64,000 nucleotides of DNA from Hydrolagus colliei (lineage: Eukaryota): NCBI GenBank assembly GCA_035084275.1, contig CM068750.1, forward strand, positions 4,588,001 through 4,652,000, given 5' to 3'. A program made the translations under genes and the position numbers. The notes beneath the pieces were generated by a model, which ran no database searches, had not been told where the DNA came from, and saw only the letters and a program-made list of their open reading frames with translations. Numbering within the stretch: the stretch's first letter is position 1; every line of letters begins with the position of its first letter. This document shows, piece by piece, positions 1-12,668 of this stretch.

Positions 1-1814
1 CTGCAACTCATTGAACTATTTGATCAGCTTCTGCCTGGTTCAGTTTAGACAGCTACAGCTCCGCACTGTTACTGTGCCACAGCTTCATAGTGGCAGCTGC
101 CCTAACGGTGGGAAGCCATGTAAACTTTAGCATCTGCACTCTGTTACGTCTGGAGATTAGAGAATTTCATCCACATTTTCGCTCAGCTGTTACAAGGTGA
201 ATAATCATCTGCTAATAATGAAGCTCGTCAAATGTTTACTGAGCAATCCATCGACGTGTGAACAGAAAACATTTACTCAAGAATGCAAGCTTCTTATATG
301 GGAATGAACCGTAAAATAAATGCACATAACCCCCTTGCAATGCCAAAAAAAATTAACAGATGTGAAACACACTCATGGATGAGCACAATGCACAAAGAGC
401 AAAGTAAGATGGTAAATATGAAACAGAAGATACAAGCATGTCAGGGCAAAAGTGTTTGAAATCGACTATGTGAAACACAGCTGCGGAGAATCTAAGGGAT
501 TCGAGGAGGATCTTTTAATGTGTGTACACAGCTCTAATCTTCCATTGCACTTAAAGCTTTGGAGTTGACAGGCAATAATTTGAAACCAGCCTCCAGAGCA
601 GTGGCCACTGGCCAATGAGGTATTTTACATCCACTAATCCTTTAATCAACCTTAAAAAAAATTAAAAGGGAAAATCCCGATCCTTAATTACTGTGGTTTA
701 TTTGAATATTTCTCAGTATTTCTTTCGCTTTGAAAATATATCCTCCTATATCAAATGTAAGGATTATTATTATTCTGTAGAAGTAAAAGAACAGTGGAGA
801 TTTTAGGATATAATTCTTACCTATACAGGTTCTGCCTGATTATTACTATTCTGAATTCCTTATAATGTTTCAACATCTCGGAGAAACCTTTTTCAGATTA
901 AGTATCAGGAAGTGTGTTGTCATACAGGTCCTGCACCTTGTGAGTCGCATAGATTCTCCCAAGGCCATTATCATTATTTTAATCTACACCACAAGTCTTG
1001 GGAATGACAGCTAAACCGTACCGGTCTGATGGATCTCAACTCTTCAAAGAGAAAAAGGATCCACCGGCTGAGTAGATTCACTGGCCCGATGAGAGAAACC
1101 CTACTCACTGCAGTACCCACCTGGTTCACTGAGAACATTTCACTTGTGATTGATCCTGTATTCCTCTAAACCCACATGGATCTAAAGTGCTTATAATTTA
1201 AAGAGCCTAAGTTTTTAATAATACTAACATTACATACGTAACACATATAAACATTATGGGCAAGATAATAAGATATAGGGTTAAAAGAACGTCAGACTAT
1301 ATAAACATCCAGTAAAAACATGTTCTTTATAGTAATATGTTTATGCAATGAAGTATTAATAGATTTGAGAGTAACATGACCTAGCGTTATCTCAATTAAG
1401 ATGTTCGAAAATTTCTTTATAAAGCTGATGATATCCTTTACAGCCACACTTGGGGTTCCTTAACCAAGGAAAATCCATTAGTAGATGGTTGATAGTTAGT
1501 AGATAATTAGTATAAGGGAGTTTACTAGAATCTTTTTATGACCATCTTTTCATGAGTTGATCAAGAAAAGCAATGTTGTTCCTCTTATTACCCTATACAA
1601 ATCAAACAGAAATTGTTCTGCCTCTTCAGTGGCTAATTGAGTTGTTCTATTGAACATCTGAGATATAGGGAGCAAGAGAATCCCACTTTCAATCCTCAAT
1701 TTGTGTTGAGTTCATTGGTCTCAACTGGGGTGGATTATGGTACAATGGATTTCAATGCCCTGAGCTAAGGAGAGGAAAATTAATCAGCCATTCTTCCTAC
1801 TTTCCTACTTCACT

Positions 1815-2217
1815 CTTGCCCCCACCTATCCCTCTTATCTACGTCTCCCTATCAGCCTGCCCGTCCCCTCCATTCAGCAGACTCAGGCCTGCTCCGCGTC
1901 CACCGCCCTAACCGCCCAACCATCGGCGGCCGGGCTTTCAGCCTCTCTGCTCCCACACTGTGGAACTCCATCCCACAGCCCCTCCCCCTCACTTCCTCCC
2001 TTTCTTCCTTCGAGGCCAGTCTCAAGACCTTCCTCTTCGACCGCGTCTTCGGCTGCCCCACTAACTCTTCCCCCTCTCCCACTCTCCTTCCCCCTGCTCT
2101 GACCCTCCCCCCCACCCCCCGCTCGGGTCCCGACCTGACTATTCAGCGCTTTGGGACGTTTTCCCGATGTGAAAGGCGCTATATAAGTGCAACTTTGTTG
2201 TTAATTTTGTTGTTGTA
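1815..2217 (+). mobile_element. L2-clade LINE 3' fragment
   Basis: Translates to YQPARPLHSADSGLLRVHR...GGRAFSLSAPTLWNSIP...LKTFLF (L2 ORF2 C-terminus), then stem-loop tail and (TTG)n. Confidence 0.8.
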
Positions 2218-4325
2218 CTTAATTCCTATCCAATGAATCATGTAAGAAACAAACCTATATAGATCTCAGCTGAGAAGCTTAGGTACAATGCTTTGATTGC
2301 AGACTTATACCATCTACGACAACAACAAAATGACATTTATAGAACGCCTTTCACGTCGGGAGGACGTCCCAAGGTGTACACGTTAAGAATGCTCTTGTTC
2401 CCTAGTTGAAATGTAAGTAATACTTCCAGCAAAGGAAAGGGAAAAAAACTGTGTGAAAATATGTCACAGTTTGCGACATATAAAAGAAAATATAAAGTGA
2501 TAGAACATGATTATCACACACAATTTAACTTGTACTGAGAATCATTCGTGTAAAGGTGTACTGTATACACCATTGTGTATTTGAAAACTATTTGGATGAA
2601 TGGGGCTGTGTGAATGTATGTAATATCTTATAGATTGATACTTTATTATGTTTGCTATCACTCATTTTGATCATCCACAAAATCACCTCTTATCACTCAG
2701 TGATTGTACTTCTATCATCACGAATTTGAGATTAATTTTGAGAGGCTGATTTCAAAGATATCTGCCATGAAAGTTATCTCACTCCTGCACAACAGCCGGT
2801 CCTGCACACAGTCAAAAGATTGCACAATAGTATCAGATGTAACCCCCAACATAAATCACAAGCTTCAGTTTGAGGAGATAATGTGAAGGAGGAGGAAAGG
2901 AAATAGAAATTCTTCCAAAGACACATAACTAAGTTAAACATTGAACATTAAAAATATACTGAGTTTATATCTCTGCAGTCATTTAGTGCCTGCCATAATA
3001 GCACACACTGTAGCTTGGAAATGTCAAAATACTTACTCAAAGATTCAATTTTCCACAGAAAAAAATCAAATGTGAGGTAGCCTGAAGCTGCAAAAGTATA
3101 ACCAAGGCCATGTTGGCACTGTGGAAGAGGTAAGGCTTTGTTTTTTCAGCTTCAGGGCATAAAGAATCTCGTTAACTCTGATTAATGGATTACCAGCCCA
3201 CATTTAGACATCAACACACTTATCAGATGCCCTGGTGGGCAGAAGCAGCCAGTATAAAGGGAACCCTATCTCCTTTCACTTCAGTCTCTCTTTCTTCTAC
3301 GCCAGTCTTTGGGAGAACTAAAGTTAACTCATTGCCATAACTACAGTAGTTGACAAAGGCCACAATTGAATTAAGGTAGTAATCACTATGTTAAATGACC
3401 TCTAGATTCTTAAGAGATCTTTCTAACCATAGGTTGCTTGATATTTTAACATGAGAAAAGGTTAGAATTCAATTTGATGAGCCATGATGAAGCTAAACTT
3501 TGAATATACATTCATTTTATTCTTAAACTAACTGGAATTCAAGTTAATATCCTACTTATTAATGTCATGGAGGCTTTTTTTTACACACAGTGTCAAGATT
3601 ATTTCACTGATTTATCAATAGCATACAGAGATTAAATTTGAAATCATTTTTTTCTCAGACCCTCAATGAGTTAACTTATCAATGATAAATAAATAAATGT
3701 GTAGTAAAAGGAAGATTGATGGATCCTCATGAATCATTTGTCCTACAGCGACATCCATACTGTTTCCACATGGTTTAAGGTTTGGAATGAAGGAGGGCAC
3801 ATTGGATCATAAATCAACAATTCTTCTGTTTCTGGAACTCCACACAATTCATAAACAGTAATGGATTTTACCTCAATCCTCATCTTTCCATTCCTACACA
3901 AAGAATAATAGGTAGATCTTAGAAATAAATTTCCTTTGTATTGTAATTCCTCTGCATTGTAATTTTATTTTTTATATAGTAGATACATTACATTCTTTCA
4001 TTGAAAGTACAAGTGTAACCTACAAGGTCAGTACATTTTCAGTTATGGTTGCAACACAGTACCTGTAAGAATTCCTCTGTCTTGTCCATCACTACCATGA
4101 GCAACATACAAAATAGCCTTACATTATAGATATTGTGTCCCACCCCTTCCACATATTAACGAGTGCTTTTCTCCTGGAAAAGTTTTAAAGTTGCAAAATT
4201 TACAATCTACCATTACAAAATTGAGGAATACCCTTACTTGATGAATAACACTGAATACTTAAGCTATCATCTCCTGACTGGTGAGTCTTCATTGGAGGAG
4301 ATCCAATCATTTTTCATTCATATCT

Positions 4326-4612
4326 AACAACAAGATTATATTTGTAGAGCACCTTTCACATCGAGAAGATGTCCCAAGGCACTGAACAGTTAGGGGCCGG
4401 GACCCGAGCGAGGGGTGGGATGAGGGAGGGTAGAGTGGTAGGAAGGTGACTGAAGGCATGGTCAAAGAGGAGGGTCTTGAGACCGGCCTTGAAAGAGGCA
4501 AGTTGAGTGAGCGAGGCAAATGGATTGTAGGATGGAGTTCCAACGTGTAGGGGCAGAGAGGCAGAAAGTTAAGAGGGGGCAAGGCCATGGAGGGATTTGA
4601 AAGTAGTCTAAT
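4326..4612 (-). mobile_element. L2-clade LINE 3' fragment
   Basis: Reverse complement of the 1815-2217 family. Confidence 0.75.
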
Positions 4613-4815
4613 TCAAGAAGCTGTGGTTTAGTTGCTGGCATATTAAACAACAACAAAATGACACTTATTTAGCGTCTTTAACGTCAGGAGGACGTCCCAA
4701 GGCGCTGGAACAAACAGTTGTAGTGCAAATAGCTGAAACAGGGTTTAATTCCTGAAGCCATAATTAAGTCTCAGATTTCTTTCTAGATAAACTATTCTTA
4801 TGATCTTTTGCTTGT

Positions 4816-4913
4816 TCACAGAGGTGCCTTTAAGCTACTAGACTTCATATAGACAGTTGAGTTAGTATCTTGTATCAGATCGGTGCAGCTTTGGAACAAT
4901 GCCAAGATTCGTC
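4816..4913 (-). CDS. PKDCC: PKDCC-like exon 7 (terminal coding exon)
   Basis: ttttccacag| then [31 protein letters not shown]; resembles PKDCC C-terminus. Confidence 0.8.
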
Positions 4914-7900
4914 CTGTGGAAAAATAATAGTTTTTTTTAGACTGGATGTACTTATCACCCATCATACATTAAGTTGTCTAAACATTAGTTAATTCCCCAG
5001 TTAAATTACATGTTTGGCACCAACCACTGTTGACTTTGACCAAAATAAATACTGTACAGTTCTCGCCATCAGCAGAGAGATCACCCTGAAACAATGTCTT
5101 TAACCAACAGCACCGAGCCTCAGCCGCAGAGTTTTTCAGTCTCTGAACAATCCACATTTCTAAATTCCACAATGTGGAATCTCATAGCATAGAGGTTAGA
5201 GCACTCGCCTCATAAACAAGAGGAGCCAGGTTTGATTCCCAGGCGCAAAACCTTAGGCAAATTTCCTTACTCCACACACTTCTGTGGAGTAAGGACCAAG
5301 CAATAAGTAGGAACCTGGTTGTCAGTCGATCGGTGGCTTACTCTCTGGGGCTAATAATCCCTCCGAATTAAATTGCTTTCCTACCAAATGTCATCAGATT
5401 CAGTTAATCTATTCATGAAAAGGTCATTGTAAAATCTATCATTCTCTACAACTAATCGCTTTGCGCTGTTTTGCGCATTACAAGAATACACCCTTGTTAA
5501 AATTGTGTGGAGTGGAAACAGCCCAACAAGTGTCATTGTCTCCACAGTACCATACTAAAAATCAGTGTCTTCACCAGACTAGCTCAATATATCAAGCTCT
5601 TCAAACGATAAAATGTATCATCTAGCTCTCTCCCCACGCTGTCCAAATTATATCTATTCCGCTGTCAAGTTGTGAATATCACCAGGACTTGCTAATACAA
5701 TCTGAGTCAATAGTTAAACTGTATGTGTCTCTCAAACATCTCTTGAACGGTTTATTGGCACTTGATGCGATTTTACTAACACTTCATTTCATAGAGGCAA
5801 CTAGGTTATTGTGTCCTTATACATTATTTATGCACTCACTGATCTCTCTGACAAGCCTTTATTGTAAGTATTTTTGACAAATTGTATTCCAATACGTGGT
5901 GACTGCAACAGCCCACATGTGGCATTTATTCTAACCCACAGCAACCGGTAGAATAGACTTCGCACGCACAGTTTGATGCGAGCAGAATAAGTTCATTTAT
6001 GAAGAGTGGATCATTGGAAATTTGGATTAACCTTGATTTAGTAAACAGATTGTTGCCGCATGGTTAGATCACAAGGAAACTCTTGACATTTCTGCTGGCA
6101 CTTCAGCGCGGTTTCAAATTCAACAGATCTTTCTGTGGCCATCAATAACCACTGGAGTCGGCTTTGTGAAGCATCTGTACTCCAGCTGCAGTGTGTTCTG
6201 CTACCCAACATAGCTACAGAGGGAGGAAAAATAACTACCAGTCCATGTTGTCCGCTGAGTCATAGCAAAGCTTTGACATTGTCGATGGGAATGGCAAATG
6301 GCTGCAGCCTCTTCCACATTGTGGACTGACAGCAAACATCGTTGGTGGTTGTATGATGGCCAACATTTATAATCACAGTTTTCTTGAATGCGAAATCCAC
6401 GAACTGATTTGTAGTCTGAAAGGACAGAAGTGAAGGTTTATTGCTATCTTGCAACATTTGTGGGCTACAACGCAGGATGGATAACACAAGATTAAACATC
6501 TAATGGGATACGTTATCACTGGGCAGAGAGATTCATCTTTGGATATGCAGGGCAAGAAAAAAAGAACATAATTCCAGCCAGGAATGGGATGATCTGTCCC
6601 GTTCTCTTTGGAGACCAACAGAACAAATGTCACCTGTGGAATCTGTATCCCATTACAACCGCTCTTCCTGCTAATACAGGAATAAAGACAATGTTAGTGG
6701 TGGGAGAAAGTTGAGAAGGGAAGACAAAGAACAAACATTTAAGCACAGGGGATCAGTACCTTTCAGATAGCTCTGGGAATGATTGATACGATACAGCCCA
6801 GATTTGTACAAATCCAACACTTCTCCAAACATTTCTAACGTTTTATTAATCCCATATCGGAGGGCTCCTGTAGGGGAAAAGGGGGCAGTTACAGTTAATG
6901 GTATAAACAACACCTTTCAACCCACACATATCATCAAGTACAGAAGAACTTGCATTTTTATAGCTCTTTATTTACCACATTTGAACTCTCTCAAAGCGCT
7001 TTCAAAGCAACACTGTTAAGAACTGATGCATTTACCGGTAACTGTAATTACCTGTTGCATTCATAATGTCATTCAGGAGAGGTGTTAAGGCAGGTGGTGC
7101 ACTATGTGGCAGCAAGTAGGTGAAAAAGTATCTTTGAAAGGAAATAGAAACCATTAATAGGGGGAAAAAAATGCAGATAAAATTCAAGACCAGAAAGCTT
7201 GAATTGGTTCAATAATATAATTGAATTTGATTTATAAGGGAAGATTAGAAATTCAATTTTAAAACTAGATTAAAAAAAATCAATGTACTGTACTTTGGAA
7301 TTTAATACATTTAAATACATGGTGTTTCTTACTGTGGATCTATAAGTACCTGAATGCATTATAAAGGTTCCTCTTTTCATTTATTCCTTGACACTTCCCC
7401 TCTGCTGTACAATGAAGGTTGAAATTCCTGGTGGGGAATGCTAGGGTGCAATCACTATCTTCCTTGCACCAAAGCTCTTCAGTACTGATGTCATCCAAGT
7501 CAGTCACTTTGAGTTCTCCGTCCACAATGACAAACTGGCGAGGCTGAAAATCCAGCAAAACCACTGATCCCAGAGGTGAGTGAGCCAAATAATGGAGCAA
7601 ATTTATCAAATTCAAGCAAATCTGAAATCAATACAAATAGAGCTTTTCAGCAGGTCTTGAAAACTGCTAGTTTACTTACACAATATGAGAATGCTGCAAC
7701 CCACATAGCAACTGTAAACATCATTCAGCAGTCAAAATTATCTGCCTAAATAGTTGTTTTGCACATTTACCATTAAGGATGGAAAGTTGGTTATTATATG
7801 ATAGTAATAATCCTTGCATTCAACATAGTGGTTTTTCCACATCCTCTAGACTTCTCAAAGCGCTTCGCAGAATATACTGTAAAGGGAATTGACTCTATAT

Positions 7901-10601
7901 TTGTGGGCGAAATGCGGCAGACAATTATGCACAGCAGTGTCCCACAAACAGTCATGGATTGAGTGACCAAATTTTTTTTTGAGGGATTATTATAAATTCG
8001 AAATAATCTAACAAGTGGAGTGACCGTGTATTTTTGTGGGTGCAACGTGGTTTGTGCAAGGCAGACTCCATGGCTGTCCCACAGACAGCCATGGAGTGAG
8101 TGACCATTTTTTTTGACATTGGGGGGGATTTGCTGGCCAGACCCCAACAGGAGAAACTGCCTCTGTTGAGTGAGTAAATTGACCCATGAGGAAGATCTCA
8201 GTTTCTATCCTGGGGTCAGTCAAGCCAAGTGATCTGATCACAGCAAGGATAACAGGAGAGGCACAGCTAGAGTTTCCATAGCTATCTGCTAACTAACCAC
8301 TACTGGAAAATTGGTACATTCAACAGAGATAGGACTGAGCTCCTCTGTGAGCTTTTATTTCTATATCTCTGTATATAATTAACTGGTGGGGGGGGGGGGG
8401 AGGGGGGGCGAGAAGCACAACTTTCATACCTTCACCAATAGATATTTGTATTATTTCACATGACTTCAGTGCATCAAAACGACTTTTGCCATTATTTCTG
8501 TATGAATGACGTTCCCTTTCCTCGGCAGCTGAATGTCGGAATAAATCAACGATTCCGTTCACTCTAACCTAGTGGAGATCACTGCAGAAAACGCCAGGCT
8601 TTCCCTGGTGAAGGTATCTCCACCCTCATGCCAGGTCAGTGGTGTCGTGTTTGTTTAGAATATTAATCTCCTCGTGGGGTCTGTGTCATATCTGCCCAGA
8701 CGCCGATGAGATTGGTATTGGCAAGGAAACTGATCTTCACAGAGATGTCAGCACACAATCCATTTGCAAAAAAATCTCTGGTGTGTGTGTTTTCTTCCAG
8801 ATTTGGCGCCTAGATTAACAGATAAATTCTCTTTTGTTTGCTTACCCTAAAGCGTTCTTCCCAGGGTGTTTGCAAAAGCTGAATCATCTCGACAGGGGTT
8901 CCCAGCTCCAGCACTGCTGTAATCACAGCTACATCCTCCAATCTATCATTGTAGCATTGCCCAAACCACTGACAGGGGAGGGGGGGGGGGGATAGTCAAA
9001 ACAGACAGTAAGTATAGTTACACTCAATACACCAATAACACAACACTGTATTGCAAAAAGAAATTCACAAACCAACAAGACTCCCTTCTGAACTCCTATG
9101 GGGTTTATTGCTACAACTCACATCAGAGGTACAGAGGTACAGTACTGATCAAATACTTCCCTCACACTCTAAAAGGACTGTTTAAACCCAACTGGTTTGA
9201 GCAGCGCTAATGAAACAAGGGTTTAAATCCCATTCAATTCAAACCCAATCCAGTGGAATATTTGTAATTCAAAAAAACACACACAAACACACACACTGGG
9301 GGATAAGAAAGGAAAGTGATAATGGGTTACAATGGGTGGGGAGGGGGTCTGTGGGAAAGGGGTGAGGGGAGGGGGGGGGGGGTGTGTGTGGAAGGTTTTG
9401 TGTTATTTGTATCTGGATCTCTGCTCCCCAGGAGACATCTAAAGGAGAGAAGCAGATACAGAGCAAGAAACACGATGGCGAGTCATCCTACATATATTGT
9501 ATATACTATACTATAAATAATGCAGGATTACATAGAATAAGGATTATATAAAATATATATATATATATATCCCCCTCGGCTACACTCAGTAGGACAAGTT
9601 GGTCGTTGGATGAGAAACGTGGTCAATGTAGACAGTCAATGTCAGACACTCCAAAACACTGTTCAGCTCTCAGCAGCGACCCTACGAATGAAGTTGGGGA
9701 TGGGTTAGACACATCTCTACCAGCAGCACAACAACTGGGACACACACACACACACCCATCACCAGTGACTCCATTCACTCAGCTTCGATCAAATGATGCA
9801 GAAAAGATATCAGCTGGGAAGGTCTGACTGACTGCATTCACTGTGAATCAATGGATGGGTATCCAGTGGATATTAAAGGTTTGATCCATTCCCCCTTTTC
9901 CCCCCAGATAAGTGTGTATGTGTATAACATATATATCTACACAGACACACACACACACACACGTGTATATATAAATGACTGGCTGGACTAACCTGTATGA
10001 TATTGGGATGTCGAAGCCTTTGGAGCAAAGTGATCTCTTTGACAATTTTATAAGCAGCCAGGCTGTGACAGCCCTGGACTTGTCCATATCGCCTGACACA
10101 ACGACCCACTTCTTTCCCTTGGCTGTTGACAGATTTCAGGGCGATGGCTGTACCGTCCTCCAGCTGCCCTTTGCAGACGCTTTTGGTGTAACCAGAGCCC
10201 AGGAACTCGACACCTGTGATATTTCTGAAGTCCCTGCAACCCACAGTCCCCCTCACCAGGTTCCCCATCGCTCTCTCTGCCTTCTCCCTGAAGACAACAT
10301 CACCATCGTTAGCCTGAGACCCTCTTCTGACTGAAGCTTCCTCAGCCAAGCCCCCTGGCCTCAAGGGCTGGTCAGTTGCAGTCTCCTGGTAGCTGAGGAT
10401 GTCTTCGATCCGTCCTGAGATCTCTTGCAGCAGTTCACGTTGGCCAAAGTTATTAAGTAGCCAGGCAGGTTTGGGGGTGGACATCCACGTCTGCTCGACT
10501 GTAACCACTGGCTGGTGAGAACCTGTGGAGAACTTCACTACCAGAAGGGCGCAAGTGACAACCAGGGCTGTGGAGATAGACACGATGTGGACCTTCCTCA
10601 T
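4816..10601 (-). CDS. PKDCC: PKDCC/VLK-family extracellular tyrosine kinase (PKDCC-like paralogue), complete gene, 7 coding exons, about 488 aa
   Basis: Exons join in frame with GT-AG introns: 10601-9993, 8968-8846, 7621-7350, 7131-7052, 6867-6760, 6415-6239, 4913-4816 (1467 nt). N-terminal hydrophobic anchor [22 protein letters not shown]; G-loop GSGYTK; IALK; LLDFQPRQF; TDLDD; C-terminal YKCWPSY. An alternative in-frame ATG lies at 10646. Confidence 0.9.
5177..5363 (+). mobile_element. tRNA-derived SINE 5' portion
   Basis: A/B-box-like head similar to the full-length SINE copies at 19127 and 59612. Confidence 0.6.
6239..6415 (-). CDS. PKDCC: PKDCC-like exon 6
   Basis: [60 protein letters not shown]; 177 nt. 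Confidence 0.9.
6760..6867 (-). CDS. PKDCC: PKDCC-like exon 5
   Basis: [35 protein letters not shown]; 108 nt. Confidence 0.88.
7052..7131 (-). CDS. PKDCC: PKDCC-like exon 4
   Basis: [27 protein letters not shown]; 80 nt; phases consistent. Confidence 0.9.
7350..7621 (-). CDS. PKDCC: PKDCC-like exon 3 (catalytic loop)
   Basis: [44 protein letters not shown]...NLYNAFR; 272 nt. Confidence 0.93.
7795..7992 (-). mobile_element. DeuSINE-type SINE, 5'-truncated
   Basis: Deu-like core and L2-type tail with (ATT)n. Confidence 0.75.
8846..8968 (-). CDS. PKDCC: PKDCC-like exon 2
   Basis: [41 protein letters not shown]; 123 nt; cag|...|gtaag. Confidence 0.92.
9993..10601 (-). CDS. PKDCC: PKDCC-like exon 1 (signal anchor and kinase N-lobe)
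   Basis: [33 protein letters not shown]; donor CAG|GTTAGT, phase 0. Confidence 0.9.
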
Positions 10602-10969
10602 GCTGTCCACCCTGTGTTTCTGCTCCGTAGGCAATTGGAAGAACATGGTCTGATTTGCTGGCTTGCAGCAAGGAGAGCCAGACCAATGCCTCACCCACTT
10701 ACTCACTTACTAGCTTATCATCCAGATTCAAGCTGGGAAACTAACTGTCTGTATCTCATCTCATCTCTCTCTCTCTCTCTGTCTGGTCTCTCTCTCTCTC
10801 TAGCTGTGTCTCCAATAACATCCTGGAGGTGTGTCTTCGATCTCCCCCTCACAGCCTTTGCTTTTGACACTATTTGTTCGTAAAAGACCAGCCAAAGCCC
10901 ATACATTTATGCACCATAATTAATTACCATTAATTAATTCATTAAAATTGACTATTTAAAAATACATCA

Positions 10970-11085
10970 TAATAACATAATCCTTGCAGTTGATATAGCG
11001 CTTTTCACATCTTATCGACGTCTCAAAGCGCTTCACAGGATATACTGTAAAGCAAATTGACTGTGTATTTTTGGGCGAAACCCGG
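10970..11085 (-). mobile_element. DeuSINE-type SINE 3' fragment
   Basis: ataatccttgca...tctcaaagcgcttcacag... family. Confidence 0.7.
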
Positions 11086-12199
11086 AATATATAGCAATAC
11101 AGAAAGGGCAACTGATTGACATGCCATTTGTCATTGAGACCCTTGTATTGCTCACTAGTTGAAGGTACCAGTCCTCTATAAATGCTTTATAGGATTGATT
11201 GTTTAATAAACTGCAGGTTTAAAAACCTATATAACGGGTGGGGGGAGAACCTCATTTCACTGTGTGATTCCTTGAAAGAGTGCTAAATCCAAATTGTTGT
11301 TGTTGGTGAGGTTTTAAAGGTTTTTAATAGCTTCAAACAGGAGTGGGTGGGATAATTGTGACTGCAGTCAGCGCTTTATATGTTTTATGACAACTATGTG
11401 GCAAATAATCAATTAAACACTGACTTAGTTAGCTGATGCTAAATGCTACAAATGATAAGAGCGAAGGTAATGTCACAATCCCCATTTCCTTTGTCAATGC
11501 AACGATTAAGAGTGGAATTTCAACTGACATGGTTACAATGGAAATCAAGCACATGTCCTAGCATTATCTTGACACAATTTTTAATCCATGGAAGAGGCAT
11601 CAGAACATGCTTTCTGGATTCTGTGTAAAAATTGTGCATCTTAGAATGGATTGTGGATCTGAAAGTGATGGAATCCAGGGATCTTAACATGAGGTTAAGA
11701 GAAAATTAGATGAAAATAATGTGGTGGAAGAAGGGTCTTGGAGTGTGTGGGCAATTAACATTAGGATTGCTCTTCTTGGAAGAGCAGATATCTGCTTCAA
11801 AACAATGGATTTGGATGGCCTCCATGTATGTCTTGCATTTCCATGATTTATTGTAATGGTTCATATCTATTCAGTGATCCCAAACCATAGGTTTTTCCCT
11901 CTCCAACAACTACCAGATACAAAATCAACCCTGAAAATATTAGGTATCCATTATGTCAATTTTATCTGTCTTCTTTTAAAATAGAAAAAATAACAGAATT
12001 GCAAACCTTGTTTCCTGCCCTTTTCTGGACTGAATAATCAATTAAGTTAATTAATTAATCTTAATTTTAGATATAAATTCAAGTCATAATGTGCGGATCC
12101 CCATATCATTTCTAACCCAGAGCCAAGATGTTTAGATATGAAGATATGTGACTAGAGTGAAATAATAGGGTGTGGACAATACCCATGGAACCATCCTCA

Positions 12200-12445
12200 A
12201 ACAACAACAAAATTACTTTTATAGAGCGCCTTTCACATTGGGAGGGCGTCCCAAGGCACTGAACAGTCAGATTGGGACCCGAGCAAGGGGGAGGGACAGG
12301 GGAAAGGGTAGGGAGAGAGTTAGGAGGGGAGGGAGAGAGTTAGGAGGGCGGCAGAAGGCATGATCGAAGAGGAGGGTCTTGAGACCGACCTTGAAAGAGG
12401 CAAGGGAGGAAGTGAGGTGAAGGGACTGTGGGATGGAGTTTCAGA
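12200..12445 (-). mobile_element. L2-clade LINE 3' fragment
   Basis: (CAA)n tail, stem-loop and ORF2 end, same family as 4326-4612. Confidence 0.75.
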
Positions 12446-12494
12446 GTGTGAGGGCAAATTAGTTAATACAGGAGGGAAAAAAACATGCCAATTT

Positions 12495-12668
12495 GATAAC
12501 AAGTTTTAAGAGAAAAGTAGATAGTTTTTGGGAGCAGCACAAGTTTGCGGGACTATGGGGAGAAAGCAGGGGAGTGGGATTGAGTTGGACAGCACTTTTC
12601 AAGGAGCCGGCACACATACGATGGGCTGAATTAGATATGATTCTGCGCTGTAAGATTCTCTGATTCTG
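12495..12668 (+). mobile_element. CR1-clade LINE 3' end
   Basis: ggacagcacttttcaaggagccggcac...gatgggctgaa...gattctctgattct, typical CR1 3' UTR with terminal repeat. Confidence 0.65.

Noticed and set aside
1852-2115. 87-aa basic ORF
   Set aside because: Antisense reading of an L2 fragment
3240-3320. TATAAA followed by a pyrimidine tract, resembling a solo LTR or promoter
   Set aside because: No TG...CA ends, target duplication or partner LTR could be identified
8388-9382. Poly-G runs as G-quadruplex candidates (also about 14617, 33735 and poly-C at 47872)
   Set aside because: Simple homopolymers common throughout this sequence; no specific evidence of function
10602-10706. N-terminal extension of the kinase ORF from a GTG at 10706
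   Set aside because: Non-ATG start; the signal anchor follows the ATG at 10601 (10646 also possible)
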